64,000 bases of DNA from Octopus vulgaris (lineage: Eukaryota), in assembly GCA_951406725.2 (NCBI GenBank), contig OX597826.1, forward strand, positions 46,500,001-46,564,000. Reading direction: 5' to 3'. The notes below the pieces were generated by a model, which did no database searches, was not told the origin of the DNA, and saw only the letters and a program-made list of their open reading frames with translations. Shown here in pieces: positions 1-12,420 of this stretch; within the stretch, counting starts at the first letter, position 1; each line of letters opens with the position of its first letter. The translations under genes and the position numbers were made by a program.

Positions 1-497
1 AATTTGAACTCGGAACGTAGCGGCAGACAAAATACTGCTAAGTATTTCGCCCGACGTGCTAACGTTTCTGCCAGCTCACCGCCTTATAACAGCTGAAATA
101 CCTATTTCTTTACCACCCACAAGGGCCTAAACACAGAGAGGACAAACAAGGACAGACAAACGGATTAAGTCGATTATATCGAACCAGTGCGTAACTGGTA
201 CTTATTTAATCGATTCCGAAAGGATGAAAGGCAAAGTCGACCTCAGCGGAATTTGAACTCAGAATGTAACGGCAGACGAAATACCTATTTCTTTACTACC
301 CACAGAGGGGACAAACAAGGACAGACAAACGGATTAAGCCGATTATATCGACCCCAGTGCGTAACTAGTACTTATTTAATCGACCCCGAAAGGATGAGAG
401 GCAAAGTCGACCTCGGCGGAATTTGAACTCAGAACGTAACGGCAGACGAAATACCGCAACGCATTTCGTCCGGCGTGCTAACGTTTCTGCATGCTCC
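1..497 (-). mobile_element. SINE family A (tRNA-derived) dimer (~90-497) plus the head of a further copy (1-83) running off the window
   Basis: Reverse complement of the recurrent unit AAGGCGGCGAGCTGGCAGAAACGTTAGCACGCCGGGCGAAATG...GAGTTCAAATTCC (B box)...GCCTTTCATCCTTTCGGGGTCGAT, seen more than 15 times in the window. Confidence 0.9.
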
Positions 498-504
498 CCA
501 CCTT

Positions 505-655
505 ACTAGGATTATAGATATTGTCACGGCTGGATATGTACATGTAGGTGACAAAAAGCTGGAAAAGGTGGAAATATACAAGTTGCTAAAAGACGAAATT
601 GCAATAGTCTGGGCAATGATGAGAGTAACTGTCATCCCAGTAATTGTAGGGGCAG
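505..655 (+). pseudogene. Fragment of the restriction-like endonuclease (RLE) C-terminus of an R4/Dong-like non-LTR retrotransposon
   Basis: Translates RIIDIVTAGYVHVGDKKLEKVEIYKLLKDEIAIVWAMMRVTVIPVIVGA, which aligns by eye to LIIDVAVPED...EREKVNKYGDLRIEIAKMW...IKVIPIVIGA at ~27030-27180. Confidence 0.75.
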
Positions 656-771
656 TAGTTGTAATGATGTTAATATAATTGATTCGTAATTGGTATATAT
701 ATGCAGAAAATATGCATAGAATCTCCCACCTATCAGTAATTCTTCAGACAAAGGTTCATAAATATTTCCTA

Positions 772-1195
772 TACTCTTTTACTCTTTTACTTGTTTCAGT
801 CATGTGACTGTGGCCATGCTGGAGCACTGCCTTTAGTCGAGTAAATCCACCCCAGGACTTATTCTTTGTAAGCCTAGCACTTATTGTATCGGTCTCTTTT
901 GCCGAACCGCTAAGTTACGGGGACGTAAACACACCATCATCGGTTGTCAAGCGATGTTGGTGGGGTGGGGGCACAAACACAGACACATAAACATATACAC
1001 ACACATTCATATATATATAAATATACACATATATACGACGGGCTCCTTTCAGTTTCCGTCTACCAAATCCACACACAAGGCTTTGGTCGGCCCGAGGCTA
1101 TAGTTGAAGACACTTGCCCAAGGTGCCACGCAATGGGACTGAACCAGGAACCATGTGGTTCGTAAGCAAGCTACATACCACACAGCCACTCCTAT
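772..1195 (-). mobile_element. SINE family B, full length, with internal microsatellite
   Basis: Reverse complement of GGAGTGGCTGTGTGGTA...GGTTCAGTCCC...CCTTGGGCAAGTGTCTTC...(TA/TG)n...CCAGCATGGCCACAGTC...TGACTGAAACAAGTAAAAGAGTAAAAGAG; same as 63442-63873. Confidence 0.9.
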
Positions 1196-1599
1196 ACTGA
1201 AATAAAACACGTATAACATGAAATTAAAAAATACATCAAATTTTCCAGACTATATTTTAATATAAACACAAACACACACACACACCTATCTACACACCTA
1301 CGCGCACTCACACACACAGCTACACACTACACACACACACCTACACACCTACATACTTATCCCCCCACACACACACGTGTATGTATATTTGTACTCGGAT
1401 ATAAGAAATACCACTGAAGCAGTTACTGAAAAACAACCCTATACCCCAGGTTGGATTAAACATTTATTTCATTTTGAAAAAAAAACGACAATGTTTTCAA
1501 AATTTCGCGAACGTTGGTTCCTTAGTCTGAGGAAAGTTGACTTCGGCGACACTTCGAAGTCACTTTCGTCTGTAAATAATGATGATGATAAGTCTTTCT

Positions 1600-1808
1600 A
1601 CTATAAACACAAGGTCTAATATTTTGGGGGAAAGTGGCTTGTCGATCACATCGACCCCGGTGTTCAACGGGTACTTATTATGTTGATCCCGAAAGGATAA
1701 AGGATAGAGTCGACTTCAGCGGAATTTGAACTCAGAACGTAAAGCCGGAAGAAATTCCGCTAAGCATTTTGTCCGGCGCAGTAACGATCTTGCTAACTCG
1801 TCGCCTAA
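1600..1808 (-). mobile_element. SINE family A, diverged, alternative tail
   Basis: GGAATTTGAACTCAGAACGT and CCCGAAAGGATAAAGG core motifs. Confidence 0.75.
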
Positions 1809-1916
1809 AGGATGATGATAATATTAGTAATAATCACACGTGCGCGTACACACACATGCACCCACATACACACACACACATATGTATGTATAAGCATGTA
1901 GATGCACATATGTGTA

Positions 1917-1952
<36 letters not shown>

Positions 1953-2914
1953 TGTGTGTGCGTGTATGTTTGTAGCGTAGATATATGTGTGTGTACGTGT
2001 GTATTATATATAAACACAGACACATAGACACACATATGCACATACATATACATGTATATTTATGCATATACATATGCATATATATGTACATACACACACA
2101 AACACATGTAATACCTATACATACATACACTCATATATACATACAGATACTTACGTACATCAATGTTTGGGGAGCGAGAATATCATCCATTTATCTTCAT
2201 TCATCATATACATTTTTCCCAATATGAGATGCGCCATGTCGTATAACCATGACCGCAAACACCTTTGTTAGCTAAGAATCTAATTTTGATTCCTTTTTTT
2301 GACTCCTCCTCCTCCTCCTTCTCCTCCTCGTCTCTCCTAAACTTCCCCTCTCCTTCCTCTCCTCCTCTCTCCTCCTCGTTCTTTTCTGTCTTCATTCAAC
2401 CATGCATTTGGAATCTTTTCTTTTCCATGCTATTCTGCGAGTTTATGAACGTTGAATATCCAAACACCCCGTTCTAGTTTTCTAGATGCTGGTAATATTC
2501 ATAAAAAAAAAAAGACTCCCTCATTCATTGCTTTTTGATCACATACTTCTATTTTAAAGTAAGACAGCTTCAATATTTCCGAATCAAAGGATATTCATTA
2601 AATCTTGGAATCATATTTGGTCACATTAAAAGATCTCTTCTCAATGTAGCCGAATCTATGGATTATCATGGAGGCAGTGGTTGAATGACCTTTGGTAACT
2701 ATAAAACGACTTCTGGTCAATATAACCGAATGAAAGAATTAGCATTAAGTTCATAGCATTAGAATTACTTCTACTGACCATATATGTATAGAATTGTAGC
2801 ATCTCTTAGAATTTAGAGTTTCCGAAGAAGACTACAGAGGAAAGGGTTGTTAATATATACTTGAAGTAGACAGGTACTCTTTCCCGCTATTATAAGTTGA
2901 GGAAACTCTCGCTA

Positions 2915-3132
2915 ATAATGATTTCAAATTTTGGCGTAAGGCTCGTAAGCTCAGGAGAGGGGGTGAGTCAATTACATCGACCCAGTGTTTAACTAATACT
3001 TTATGTTATAGGCTCCGAAAGGATAAAAGGCAAAATCGACTTCTGCGGCATTTGAACTCTTAACATAAAGACGGACGAAATGCCGCTAAGAAATTTGCTC
3101 GGCGTGCTAACGATTCTGCCATCAAGCCGTCT
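2915..3132 (-). mobile_element. SINE family A, diverged
   Basis: Core motifs in reverse orientation; head-to-head with the copy at 3165. Confidence 0.75.
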
Positions 3133-3164
3133 TGAAACTCGCGTTAATAATATGAGTGTATCTA

Positions 3165-3397
3165 AAAGGCGGCGAGCTGGCAGACACGTTAGCACGCCGG
3201 GCGAAACGCTTAGCGGTATTTCGTCTGTCGTTATGTTCTGAGTTCAAATTCCGCCGAGGTCGACTTTGCCTTTCATCCTTTCGGGGTCGATAAATAAAGT
3301 ACCAGTTTCGCACTGGGGTCGATGTAATCGACTTAATCCCTTTGTCTGTCCTTGTTTTTCCCCTCTATGTTTAGCCCTTGTGGGCAATAAAGAAATA
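3165..3397 (+). mobile_element. SINE family A monomer with 16-bp target-site duplication
   Basis: TSD AATATGAGTGTATCTA at 3149-3164 and 3398-3413. Confidence 0.92.
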
Positions 3398-3552
3398 AAT
3401 ATGAGTGTATCTATGTTTATATCGGCGAGGTGTAGCTTCTCCAAGGTAGCAAAATATTTACAGCTTAGTCGTAGATAGGACCAGTGAGATTCCAAGGTCT
3501 TGATCACTGGCAATGTACAGAATCGATGAAACGATTTGAACCATCGACGGCT

Positions 3553-3830
3553 CACGGAACAGCCTGCTCGTGAAATTAACATGCAAGTGGTGGTTGAGCA
3601 CTTCACAAATATGGGTACCCTCAACGTAGTTCTCAGGGATATTTAGCGTGACACAGAATGTGACAAATTTGGCCCTTTTGAAATACAGATACTACTCATT
3701 TTTGCCAGCTGAGCGGATGGCAGCAACGTGAAATAAAGTGCCTTGCTCAAGGACACAATGCGTCGTTTGGAATTGAACTCATGATGTTACTATCGTGAGC
3801 CAAGTACCCTAACCACTAATCCACGCACCT
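3553..3830 (-). mobile_element. SINE family C (GTGTCCTTGAGCAAG-type head), diverged
   Basis: Reverse complement matches the + copy at 35671-35992. Confidence 0.85.
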
Positions 3831-4194
3831 TCTTAAGTAATATGCAGCACTCATTACATGTACGAATTTGATGAAGAGCTATGTATATATGCTTATACGG
3901 ATGCAATGCCGATTTTACGGACACTGATGGTCCGGAACATTTTATAATCCGTATTAATTTACGAGCAAGAAATTTAAGTTCCCGCGGCCGCTAGATTAGT
4001 CTATTGCTACCCTGCACAGATTCGTACATCACTCAGTATAGTATTAATAAAGTTATTCTAATGTACTAGTACCAGTATTTCATTTAATTATTTAATTCAA
4101 TTCAATATTTGTTTAATTTAGAGTGCGTTGACCAAGGTGACAACCCCTACTTCGGAAAAATTACTAATCCGGAAAGGCTTTCGAACACCAAAGG

Positions 4195-4260
<66 letters not shown>

Positions 4261-4364
4261 ACTTATATAATATGTATACCATATCTATATATACGTACCT
4301 ATATCTTATGGATATCTACATATGTATGTATATCTATATGTATGTGTATCTATATGTATATATG

Positions 4365-4422
<58 letters not shown>

Positions 4423-4439
4423 CGTGTGTGTGCGTGTGA

Positions 4440-4483
<44 letters not shown>

Positions 4484-4824
4484 TATATACATATTATATA
4501 CATGTATGTATATGTGTGTGTGTGTGTAAGTGAGTGTGTGTGTGTGTGTACAATAAATTACATGTTTAAAGAATAGAGATCCTATTTAAAAGAAGTAGAT
4601 TAAGAGTGGTGGTATTTATGGCCAACATACGATTGATCTAAGTCGCCAACAGACACGCTTGTCCTTGTGATAAAATTCAGATCTATTCAGCGGACGATTT
4701 TCTTTGATTATGACGAATACTTCTTTTAGACTCACCCTAGAAAGATGAAAAACTGACCTTTCCACAATAGCAGAAATTTTATATAAGTACATAACCTAAC
4801 AGGCTCAACTTTATAATTACACAC

Positions 4825-5138
4825 AGGCGCCGCGTGGTGGTTGTGTGGTAAGAAGCTAGCTTCCCAACCAAATAATTCTGGTTTCAGTTCCACTGCACGC
4901 GCCTTAGACAAGCATCTTCTAATATAACTCTCGGGAATGGATTTGGAAAGCGGAAACTGAAAGAAGCCCATGGCACGCACACACCCATATGTATGTATGA
5001 ATGTATGTAAATATCTTTGTGCTTGTGTACGTATTTGTGTTGTATTTGTCCCTCAGGCCCGCTGAACAAGCAGCGTTGGTTTGTTTATGTTCCCTTAATT
5101 TAGCTGTCCGACAAAAGAAACCGGTAGAATAAGTACTT
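4825..5138 (+). mobile_element. SINE family B, degenerate
   Basis: TGTGTGGTAAGAAGCTAGC...TTCAGTTCCACTGC...GGAAACTGAAAGAAGCCC...TAGAATAAGTAC. Confidence 0.75.
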
Positions 5139-5662
5139 CTGGTGTGTCACTAGTGTTATTGGTGACTGCTCTGTAAAACGAGTTGAGTGCTGTGCAACAC
5201 TTTATCCACTCAAAGCAAATTCACGTACAGGAACTTTTTGTACACTTGGAGTCTTTGCATAGACTGACTGAATTTAAGAAGCAGTCCAACTCCGTCGCGA
5301 ATTGATTTCTACCTTATATGTATATATAATATTTTGCGACCACCTGATCTATATCGTGGGAAAAGGTAAGAAGACTGAGTAATATAGTTCAATAAAACCT
5401 CATTCCTTTAGAGGTAAGCAAAGAAAGTAATATGTTACGGAGCGATAACGATGATTTGAAACCAAGCCGTTAGGTACCGGTAATTTTCACGACCGAATCA
5501 CAATAGTTTCACGTGATCGGTCTATTAAGCAACCAACAGCATTAAGTATCGCGTAATTCAATCTGCTAGAATCTCTTTATGCCTCATAAAAGGCCGCTTT
5601 TCAGGTGAGTAATGTATTACCGAATGTTGGCGCAGTTGAGCGATATGTGTCTCCATTCTTGC

Positions 5663-5679
5663 AACGCCAGATGGCGCAC
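5663..5679 (+). promoter_or_regulatory. Possible CTCF-like site in a repeat-poor island
   Basis: AACGCCAGATGGCGCAC resembles the CTCF core CC(A/G)C(C/T)AG(A/G)(G/T)GGCGC; motif match only. Confidence 0.25.
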
Positions 5680-6427
5680 AATTTTACCAATCAGATGACT
5701 CAAAAGAGAGGCTAAGACAGATAGCGCAGATAAATGACAAGAACTTCCATTGCCACGAACATAGCCCAATTGTGTTCCTTATTTTGGGTATGCTACATGT
5801 TGTCGTACCAATACCCAACCGTAAACTCCAAATAGTATCTCTCTCTTCGTATGAAATTATTGCTGTTGTTATCTGTAAAAGGCCAACACAGTTTGTCTTT
5901 ATGTGCGATAGTAAAATCTTCTGTTAAATGTTCAACCCAAAAAACATTTTCTTTCATCAATTCGACCAGTCACCACCACAAACCCGACCAACAACCGTCA
6001 GGCCGCGACAGAGCCATAATTACGAGGATACAATATGTAAATAGAATATTGAATACAATGCATCATAGACCTCAAATATGAACGGTATACACGAATAACA
6101 TATATTAGAGCTATCGTTGTATCATTAGGAATAACTTCTGTTCCCTTTTAAAAAGATGTTTTGATACAGGAATTACTATTTCAAAATTGCAACTCGTTTA
6201 TCGACTTCTCTTTTTCATAACGCAGTAGAAAATTACTCTCTGTCTGTCTGTCTCTCTCTGTCTCTCTCTCTCACACATACACACACAACATACAGATATA
6301 TGTATGTATATATGTATGTATATCTATGTGTGTGTGTGTATATATATATATATGAACATATGTCTGTTTGTGTGTATGTATGTGTTTATTAAATCTTTCT
6401 GGCTCTGTCTCTCCCTGTCTCCCTCTG

Positions 6428-6502
<75 letters not shown>

Positions 6503-6530
6503 GCATATATATACATATACATATACATAT

Positions 6531-6561
<31 letters not shown>

Positions 6562-6630
6562 AATATATATATATATGCGTGTGTGTGTGTGTCTGTGCAC
6601 ATCTATGTGTGTATGTAGATATATGTATGC

Positions 6631-6693
<63 letters not shown>

Positions 6694-7084
6694 TGTGCGT
6701 GTGTGTGTGTGTGTGTTTTGCAGACCATTATAAATGGAAGGTAATATGCCTAATGTATTTTACAGGATAGACTTCATAAAAGCTTCGAATTCCTGTGGGG
6801 ACCCTACCTATGGGTTAAATGCTTGATGTGGAACAGATGGTAAAGGGGTATATATTTCTAAAGTACTTAGTTGACGAACATTAGTCAAGCTACTTAAAAG
6901 AAAAGAGCTTTTAGCTTTCTTTGTAATATTAATTTGTTACTTAGCCACAACGTCACTACGTCACACATTTCATAAGAGAGAGCAACAGGATTTGCGTGAT
7001 GTCTACGCTTCACTCTGTATTGATATTTGTGTAAGGGGATTCATTTCAGTTGGGGATCATAAAATAAAAAATAATTCCCTGGAT

Positions 7085-7305
7085 ATTACCGTTATGTGTC
7101 CTAGGACTTATAGGGGACGGTTACCAGGTTTCCCTGGATATAAGTGATCGGGATGAGAACAGCCTCTACTGAACGGGACACCAGCCCATCGCAGGGTTGC
7201 TCGTTTACCCAGTGGACTTAAGCAACGTGAAATGAAGTGTTTTGCTCAAAAACACAATGTACCGTCCGGTCCGGGAATTGAAACCACGATATTGTGGTTG
7301 TAAGG
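7085..7305 (-). mobile_element. SINE, C-type head joined to a CTGCGATGG...CCCGT type body
   Basis: Reverse complement: ...TTTGAGCAAAACACTTCATTTCACGTTGC...AACCCTGCGATGGGCTGGTGTCCCGTTCAG...GGAAACCTGGTAACCG. Confidence 0.65.
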
Positions 7306-7327
7306 CAACAGGACTGTTGTTAATGTA

Positions 7328-7893
7328 TTGGATTGTCCGGAAAGTTCGTGCCGATTTTTAAAGGAAAGAAAAAGGTTAATAAATACTTGCCATTACATTT
7401 TTTAATCAACCAAATATGAACCATTTTGTGGCACAATGCGTCTCCCTCTTTCCTTTAACTTGAAAATATCCTCTTCCCAGAATTGAGGTGATTTCATGGC
7501 AAAGAATTCATCAAGGTATCTTGTTACATCATCCAAGGAATTGAAATTTTTACCATTAAGACTATTCTGCAGAGATCTGAATGAGTGGAAATGCGAAGAG
7601 GCAATTCTGGTGAATATGGAGAGTGGGGTAACACATCCCAGCCGAGCTGCAGCAATTTTCGTCTGGTTCCCAAAGCATTAAGTGCCGAAAATGAACTTTC
7701 TTATCTTCCATTTTAAAGGGTTACAAAATTAACACAGGTTATAGGAACATGTACCTTCTTCCACGAAAAGATAGCTTAAACTATGCTCTAAATGGAGGTG
7801 TAGTCAAATCCTATTTTATGGACTGAACCATGTTCTAAAATAAGTCGAAAGGTAAGCTACTATAAATCGGCACGAACTTTCCGGACAACCCAA
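7328..7893 (-). mobile_element. Internally deleted mariner (DD34D-type) element with ~30-bp TIRs and TA TSD
   Basis: TIR TTGG(A/G)TTGTCCGGAAAGTTCGTGCCGATTT at both ends, flanked by TA. Minus strand encodes a transposase C-terminus (QLGWDVLPHSPYSP...FRSLQNSLNGKNFNS...FWEEDIFKLKER). Confidence 0.92.
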
Positions 7894-8610
7894 TATTTCA
7901 TGGAGAATGCAATCTTTTGACAAACACCACTCGTTGTTCCTAAAGTAGAAATGGGGGACCAAGTTGCTAGAAACCGTAGTGATCCGGATAAAGTGACTTA
8001 AAGTAGTAAACTCAGGCCTCTATTTTCTTAGTTTATCATTAATTATTCCAGCTTTCATACCCAGTCAAAGCTAATTGGGGACAGAGATTCCTGGTACAGC
8101 ATTGTGAGATATTTTGTTTGCGTTTGCTTGCAGAAATGAGACTGAACGAAATATAGTTTTGGCCCAAGACTTGAGTAAAACTACTACCATTCACACAATC
8201 AATTTCTCGTTTTATTTTGAAGTTTAACCCATAACGAAAGGATTGTATTCAATGCCTTCGCAAGCCCATCGAAGCTGGTGACATTCTTGTGTTTGACGCT
8301 AATCTTGGGCATCTGAAAGTCTACGGCTGCAGGGGTGGGGGGAACCATACGCGAGAAAAGAATACCAGAAGGATGATACTTAAGGGAAGAAAGATTTAGC
8401 GTAATGGTTTGTGCCAGGCTTTGAGAATGGATACAATACAGGCAACGAAGAGAGAAGCGGCGCGAAAAGTTTGAGTGGGCATGAAGTAAATAATTAATTA
8501 CATCAGAGTAAAAGATGCCATTGAATTTAGAGAGGTGGGGGTGAAGAATGCGTTCAGTGGGGAATTAAATAAGATATACTTTTTTTTCTCTCCTTGTTTT
8601 TTCTGTGTCC

Positions 8611-8646
8611 CTTTCTGTTGAAGAGCGTAGGCTTGAAACGTAAAAG
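8611..8646 (+). ncRNA. Minimal hammerhead-ribozyme-like motif (CUGUUGA core variant) within a ~150-bp dispersed repeat (~8590-8740)
   Basis: CTTT-CTGTTGA-A-GAGC(GTAG)GCTT-GAAAC-GTA|AAAG: stem I CTTT/AAAG, stem II hairpin, minimal AC/GT stem III. A second copy lies at 22050-22175. Confidence 0.55.
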
Positions 8647-9884
8647 ACTTTTTCTTTTCCTGAGCGTTATACTAATACATCTGTTTGTTTTGTACACCAC
8701 CTGTCTTCGTCTTTTGTTTTTTTCGCAAACTCTCACTATATGCCTTTATTGTAGTTGTGGCGCTGTTTTGCCCCAGCCCAGCTTTCAATGACCAAATTTA
8801 TCATGAAAGACATTTTCGGCTTGTCTAGTTTCTATTTTCCTTTTCAGATATAGTAGTACATCTAGAATTATATCAGCTCATGTCTCACACCTTTTCTTAA
8901 ACTTTAGAAAAGTGTGACTTTTAAGAGCATTTTGCTCCTATTTTCAGCGTATCAGGTGAAGACAAGCGAAGCTCATTCATTAATTAGCTAATGATATGTG
9001 ACACTGATACTACAAAACTGCATAATCTGAACATCTGTGAGATGACGTCTACAGATGAGTGGTGGAAAAGAACCGGTCGGAAAATCAGTGCTGGGAAACC
9101 GGTGGGGAGAAAACTATGGACGAGAAAGTAAATTCCATAGGATTGACAACTTTTAGGATAGAGAGAGAGAGGGCCGTTAGACAATGAGGCTTTTCTAAAA
9201 AAAGAAAGAAGGTCGTTATTAATCTTAGTGAAATCAAATGTCTACAAGTGGTAATCCAAACCGTGGCCGTGAAATTGACGTTGATATTTTCTTATCGGCT
9301 TTTCAAACTCAACGCTAAAGCTAATATATGTCTTTCTTATTCAGTATCACGTACTTACACGTATTTAGATTAGATGTGAATGACCTGGTCGGTAATTAAC
9401 AGGTTTAAGAAGTCATTAATGATAATTATCTTATGCACCGTGAATTTCTCATATGTTATGTTTTTAACAATGGGGCAATCAAGAGCTGTCAAACGACAAC
9501 AACGATACAGGCACACACAAACACAAACACACTTACATACATAGACAGACATTCACACACACACGCACGCACACACACACACACACACACATTAGTCATG
9601 TGATAGATTTCCCGCGCGAACCTATAATAACGATTAAAATAAAGCATAGCATTAGAGTATAAGTGTATAGTTTTCATTTACATATGTACATATCTGATTG
9701 GCAAACACTTCGTAATCTTGAAAACTGATGACCACTGAAATAGAGTCGTTTATTATAATCATGGATAGTGTTATTAATCGGTTATTGTTATCTAAATTAG
9801 TGGTACCCCAAACTTATTAATTAATTAAAAATGTTCTGCTTATTTGAATCAATGTTCCGGTATTGTTATCAGTATTTTCATGTA

Positions 9885-10030
9885 AGAAGGCAGCGAGCAG
9901 GTAGAAGCGTTAATCTGCTGTGTAAAATGCTTAGCGGCATTTCGTCCGTTTTAACGTTCTGAGTCCAAATTCTGCTGAGGTCGATTTCGTCGTTCATCCT
10001 TTCGGGGTCGATAAAATAAGTACCAGTCGG
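9885..10030 (+). mobile_element. SINE family A, 3'-truncated
   Basis: AAGGCAGCGAGCAGG...TTCATCCTTTCGGGGTCGATAAAATAAGTACCAG. Confidence 0.8.
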
Positions 10031-10264
10031 GTACCGGGGAAAATAGAACCTATATCCACCCGTTCCAGGAGAAACTACTTCTAGCCGCCTTTGATAGACA
10101 TTTTCGTAGCACATTTTTCATTTGCTGTTCAAGCCGGTGTTTTTGTAGTAAATCAGCTGAGCACTCATAAGACATACCTATCACGATACGTCAATTGACG
10201 AAAGCTCCTAGTATTGTCTCTCTCTCCACTCTTATTCTCCCTCCCTCTCTCTTTCTCTCTCTCA

Positions 10265-10295
<31 letters not shown>

Positions 10296-10296
10296 C

Positions 10297-10502
10297 TGTT
10301 TTACTCTTTTACTTGTTTCAGTCATTTGACTGCGGCCATGCTGGAGCACTGCCTTTAGTCGAGCAAATCGAACCCAGGACTTATTCTTCGGAAGCCTAGT
10401 ACTTATTCTATCGGTCTCTTTTGCAGAACCGCTAAGATACGGGGACGTAAACACACCAGCATCGGTTGTCAAGCGATGTAAGGAGGACAAACACACACAC
10501 AA

Positions 10503-10543
<41 letters not shown>

Positions 10544-10720
10544 CATATACATATATACGACGAGCTTCGTTCAGTTTCCGTCCACCAATTCCACTCACAA
10601 GGTTTTGGTCGGCCCGAGGCAAAAGTAGAAGACACTTATCCAAGGTGCCACGCAGTAGAACTGAACCCGGAACCATGTGGTTGTTAAGCAAGCTACTTAC
10701 CACACAGCCACTCCTGCGCC
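10297..10720 (-). mobile_element. SINE family B, full length
   Basis: Collinear with 772-1195 and 63442-63873. Confidence 0.9.
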
Positions 10721-10781
<61 letters not shown>

Positions 10782-10790
10782 ATGTATATA

Positions 10791-10822
<32 letters not shown>

Positions 10823-11139
10823 CATATATATATGTATGTATGTATATGTGGGTGCGTGTGTGTGAGTGTTTAAAGAAATTATTTTAAAAAGTTTACTGTT
10901 TAATTTTTTTTTTATTTAGATAACAGAATGTCACTAACCTTTGGGAAATAATTTTGAGTACACTATACGCAAACGTCTTCCCCAAGGGTTGGTGACATTC
11001 CGTTATCTAAATAAATAAATAAAAAATAATACTTATAACTTCTAAAAAAGATCTTCCTTTAAATATTGTGACTGTATCAAGTAGTCTTTACAAAAGCTTA
11101 TATATATATATGTGTGTGTATATATGCATATCTATCTAC

Positions 11140-11196
<57 letters not shown>

Positions 11197-11741
11197 CATG
11201 ATCAATGCTCTTTCTAATTTCTGTTTTTGCTGTGGGGGTATACACAGAAAAAATTGCATTGCGAGCAAATTTTGTCTTTCTATAGAAGGTACGGACACAT
11301 CCACGTGAGTTACCATCTTCGATTCGATTTTACCTTGAAAATCTTGTGTGTACACGACTTTTCACTATGTGCGCTAGTTATGAAATAATTTCTTATCAAG
11401 CAGGTAGTGCATGAAGACATTCCGCATTCCTCATACGAGGCACATAGGCACACAGCTTAGAAGGGGACATTGGCCATGTCCCTTATCGCGCATCAAAGAC
11501 AGGTGGAAGAAAGGGATGGAGTAATCTTCAGAGAAGATGCCAAACCTGAATGGTTGAAGGCACTTAAAAAGCCAGTAAGGAGTATTAAGGTGGTTATTGG
11601 GTTAAGTTCTTCCCACCCAATAACAAGAACGATTCTTTGCAATGGTTTTTCACAAACGCTTTTAAAGTTTTGACTAAACCGAAGCCATGACAGAGTGGGC
11701 CCAAACTCACGTGCCAAAATATTTGCCACTCTATTTGCATT

Positions 11742-12005
11742 ATTCTTTTATTTTTTTACATGTTTCAGTCGTGTGACTGAAGCCATGCTGGAGCACCGGC
11801 TTAAAGGGTTTTAGTCGAAGAAATCGTCTCCAGGACTTATTCTTTTGAAGCCTAATACTTATTCTACCGGCATCTCTTTTACCGAGCCTCTGAGTTATGG
11901 GGATGTAAACACACCAGCATCGGTTGTCAAGCGATGGTTGGGGACAAACACAGACACAAGGACACACACGTATACACACACACACGCACACAAATACATA
12001 TACAT
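11742..12005 (-). mobile_element. SINE family B, 3' half
   Basis: Tail TGTTTCAGTCGTGTGACTG and ACACCAGCATCGGTTGTCAAGCGATG. Confidence 0.85.
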
Positions 12006-12007
12006 AT

Positions 12008-12098
12008 ATGGCTGTCAGACATTCCTGCGACCACCCGACCCCTAACATCTGGCCACTTAACTCCCCAAACTGCAACCCCCTTGATTATTACGTGTGGA
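12008..12098 (+). pseudogene. DD37D (maT) transposase fragment
   Basis: Encodes ...PNIWPLNSPNCNPLDYYVW; homologous to 40390-40478. A further small + fragment lies at ~11385-11440. Confidence 0.8.
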
Positions 12099-12206
12099 GA
12101 GTAGCTTTATTTTCTTATTTCCCTTAAAACTTCTTATTTCCATCTCTTCTCGAAATAACTCCTTATATTGAACTCTACTATTTCCCTCTATTTAACCATC
12201 TAACAT

Positions 12207-12255
12207 CGTCTCTGATGAAGGGATATCCCCTAATATCCCAGACAGCTGTAAGACT
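12207..12255 (+). ncRNA. Degenerate type I hammerhead ribozyme motif
   Basis: GTCT-CTGATGA-A-GGGATAT(CCCCTA)ATATCCC-A-GAC-AGCT-GTA|AGAC: 7-bp stem II, palindromic AGCT stem III loop, stem I GTCT/AGAC; GAAAC reduced to GAC. Confidence 0.6.
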
Positions 12256-12361
12256 AACTTTCTCTTTATAAATGTCCTGAAAATTCCACACAGCCTTGGT
12301 TTTGTTATCTCATTTTATTTAACACACACACACAGACACACACACACACAGACACAGACAC

Positions 12362-12420
<59 letters not shown>

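Noticed and set aside
187-426. Recurrent ORFs ending DPERMKGKVDLGGI or containing RPEAIVEDTCPRCHA
   Set aside because: These are antisense translations of SINE A and SINE B, not a protein family.
9721-9751. CTGATGA-CCACT-GAAATAGAGTC hammerhead-like string
   Set aside because: Stem II cannot form and stem I is weak, so it is too degenerate to call. The strings at ~3868-3900 and ~42425-42540 were rejected on the same grounds.
11470-11673. 67-aa complex ORF (MSLIAHQRQVEERDG...)
   Set aside because: It has no recognisable domain or convincing splice sites and lies between transposon fragments.
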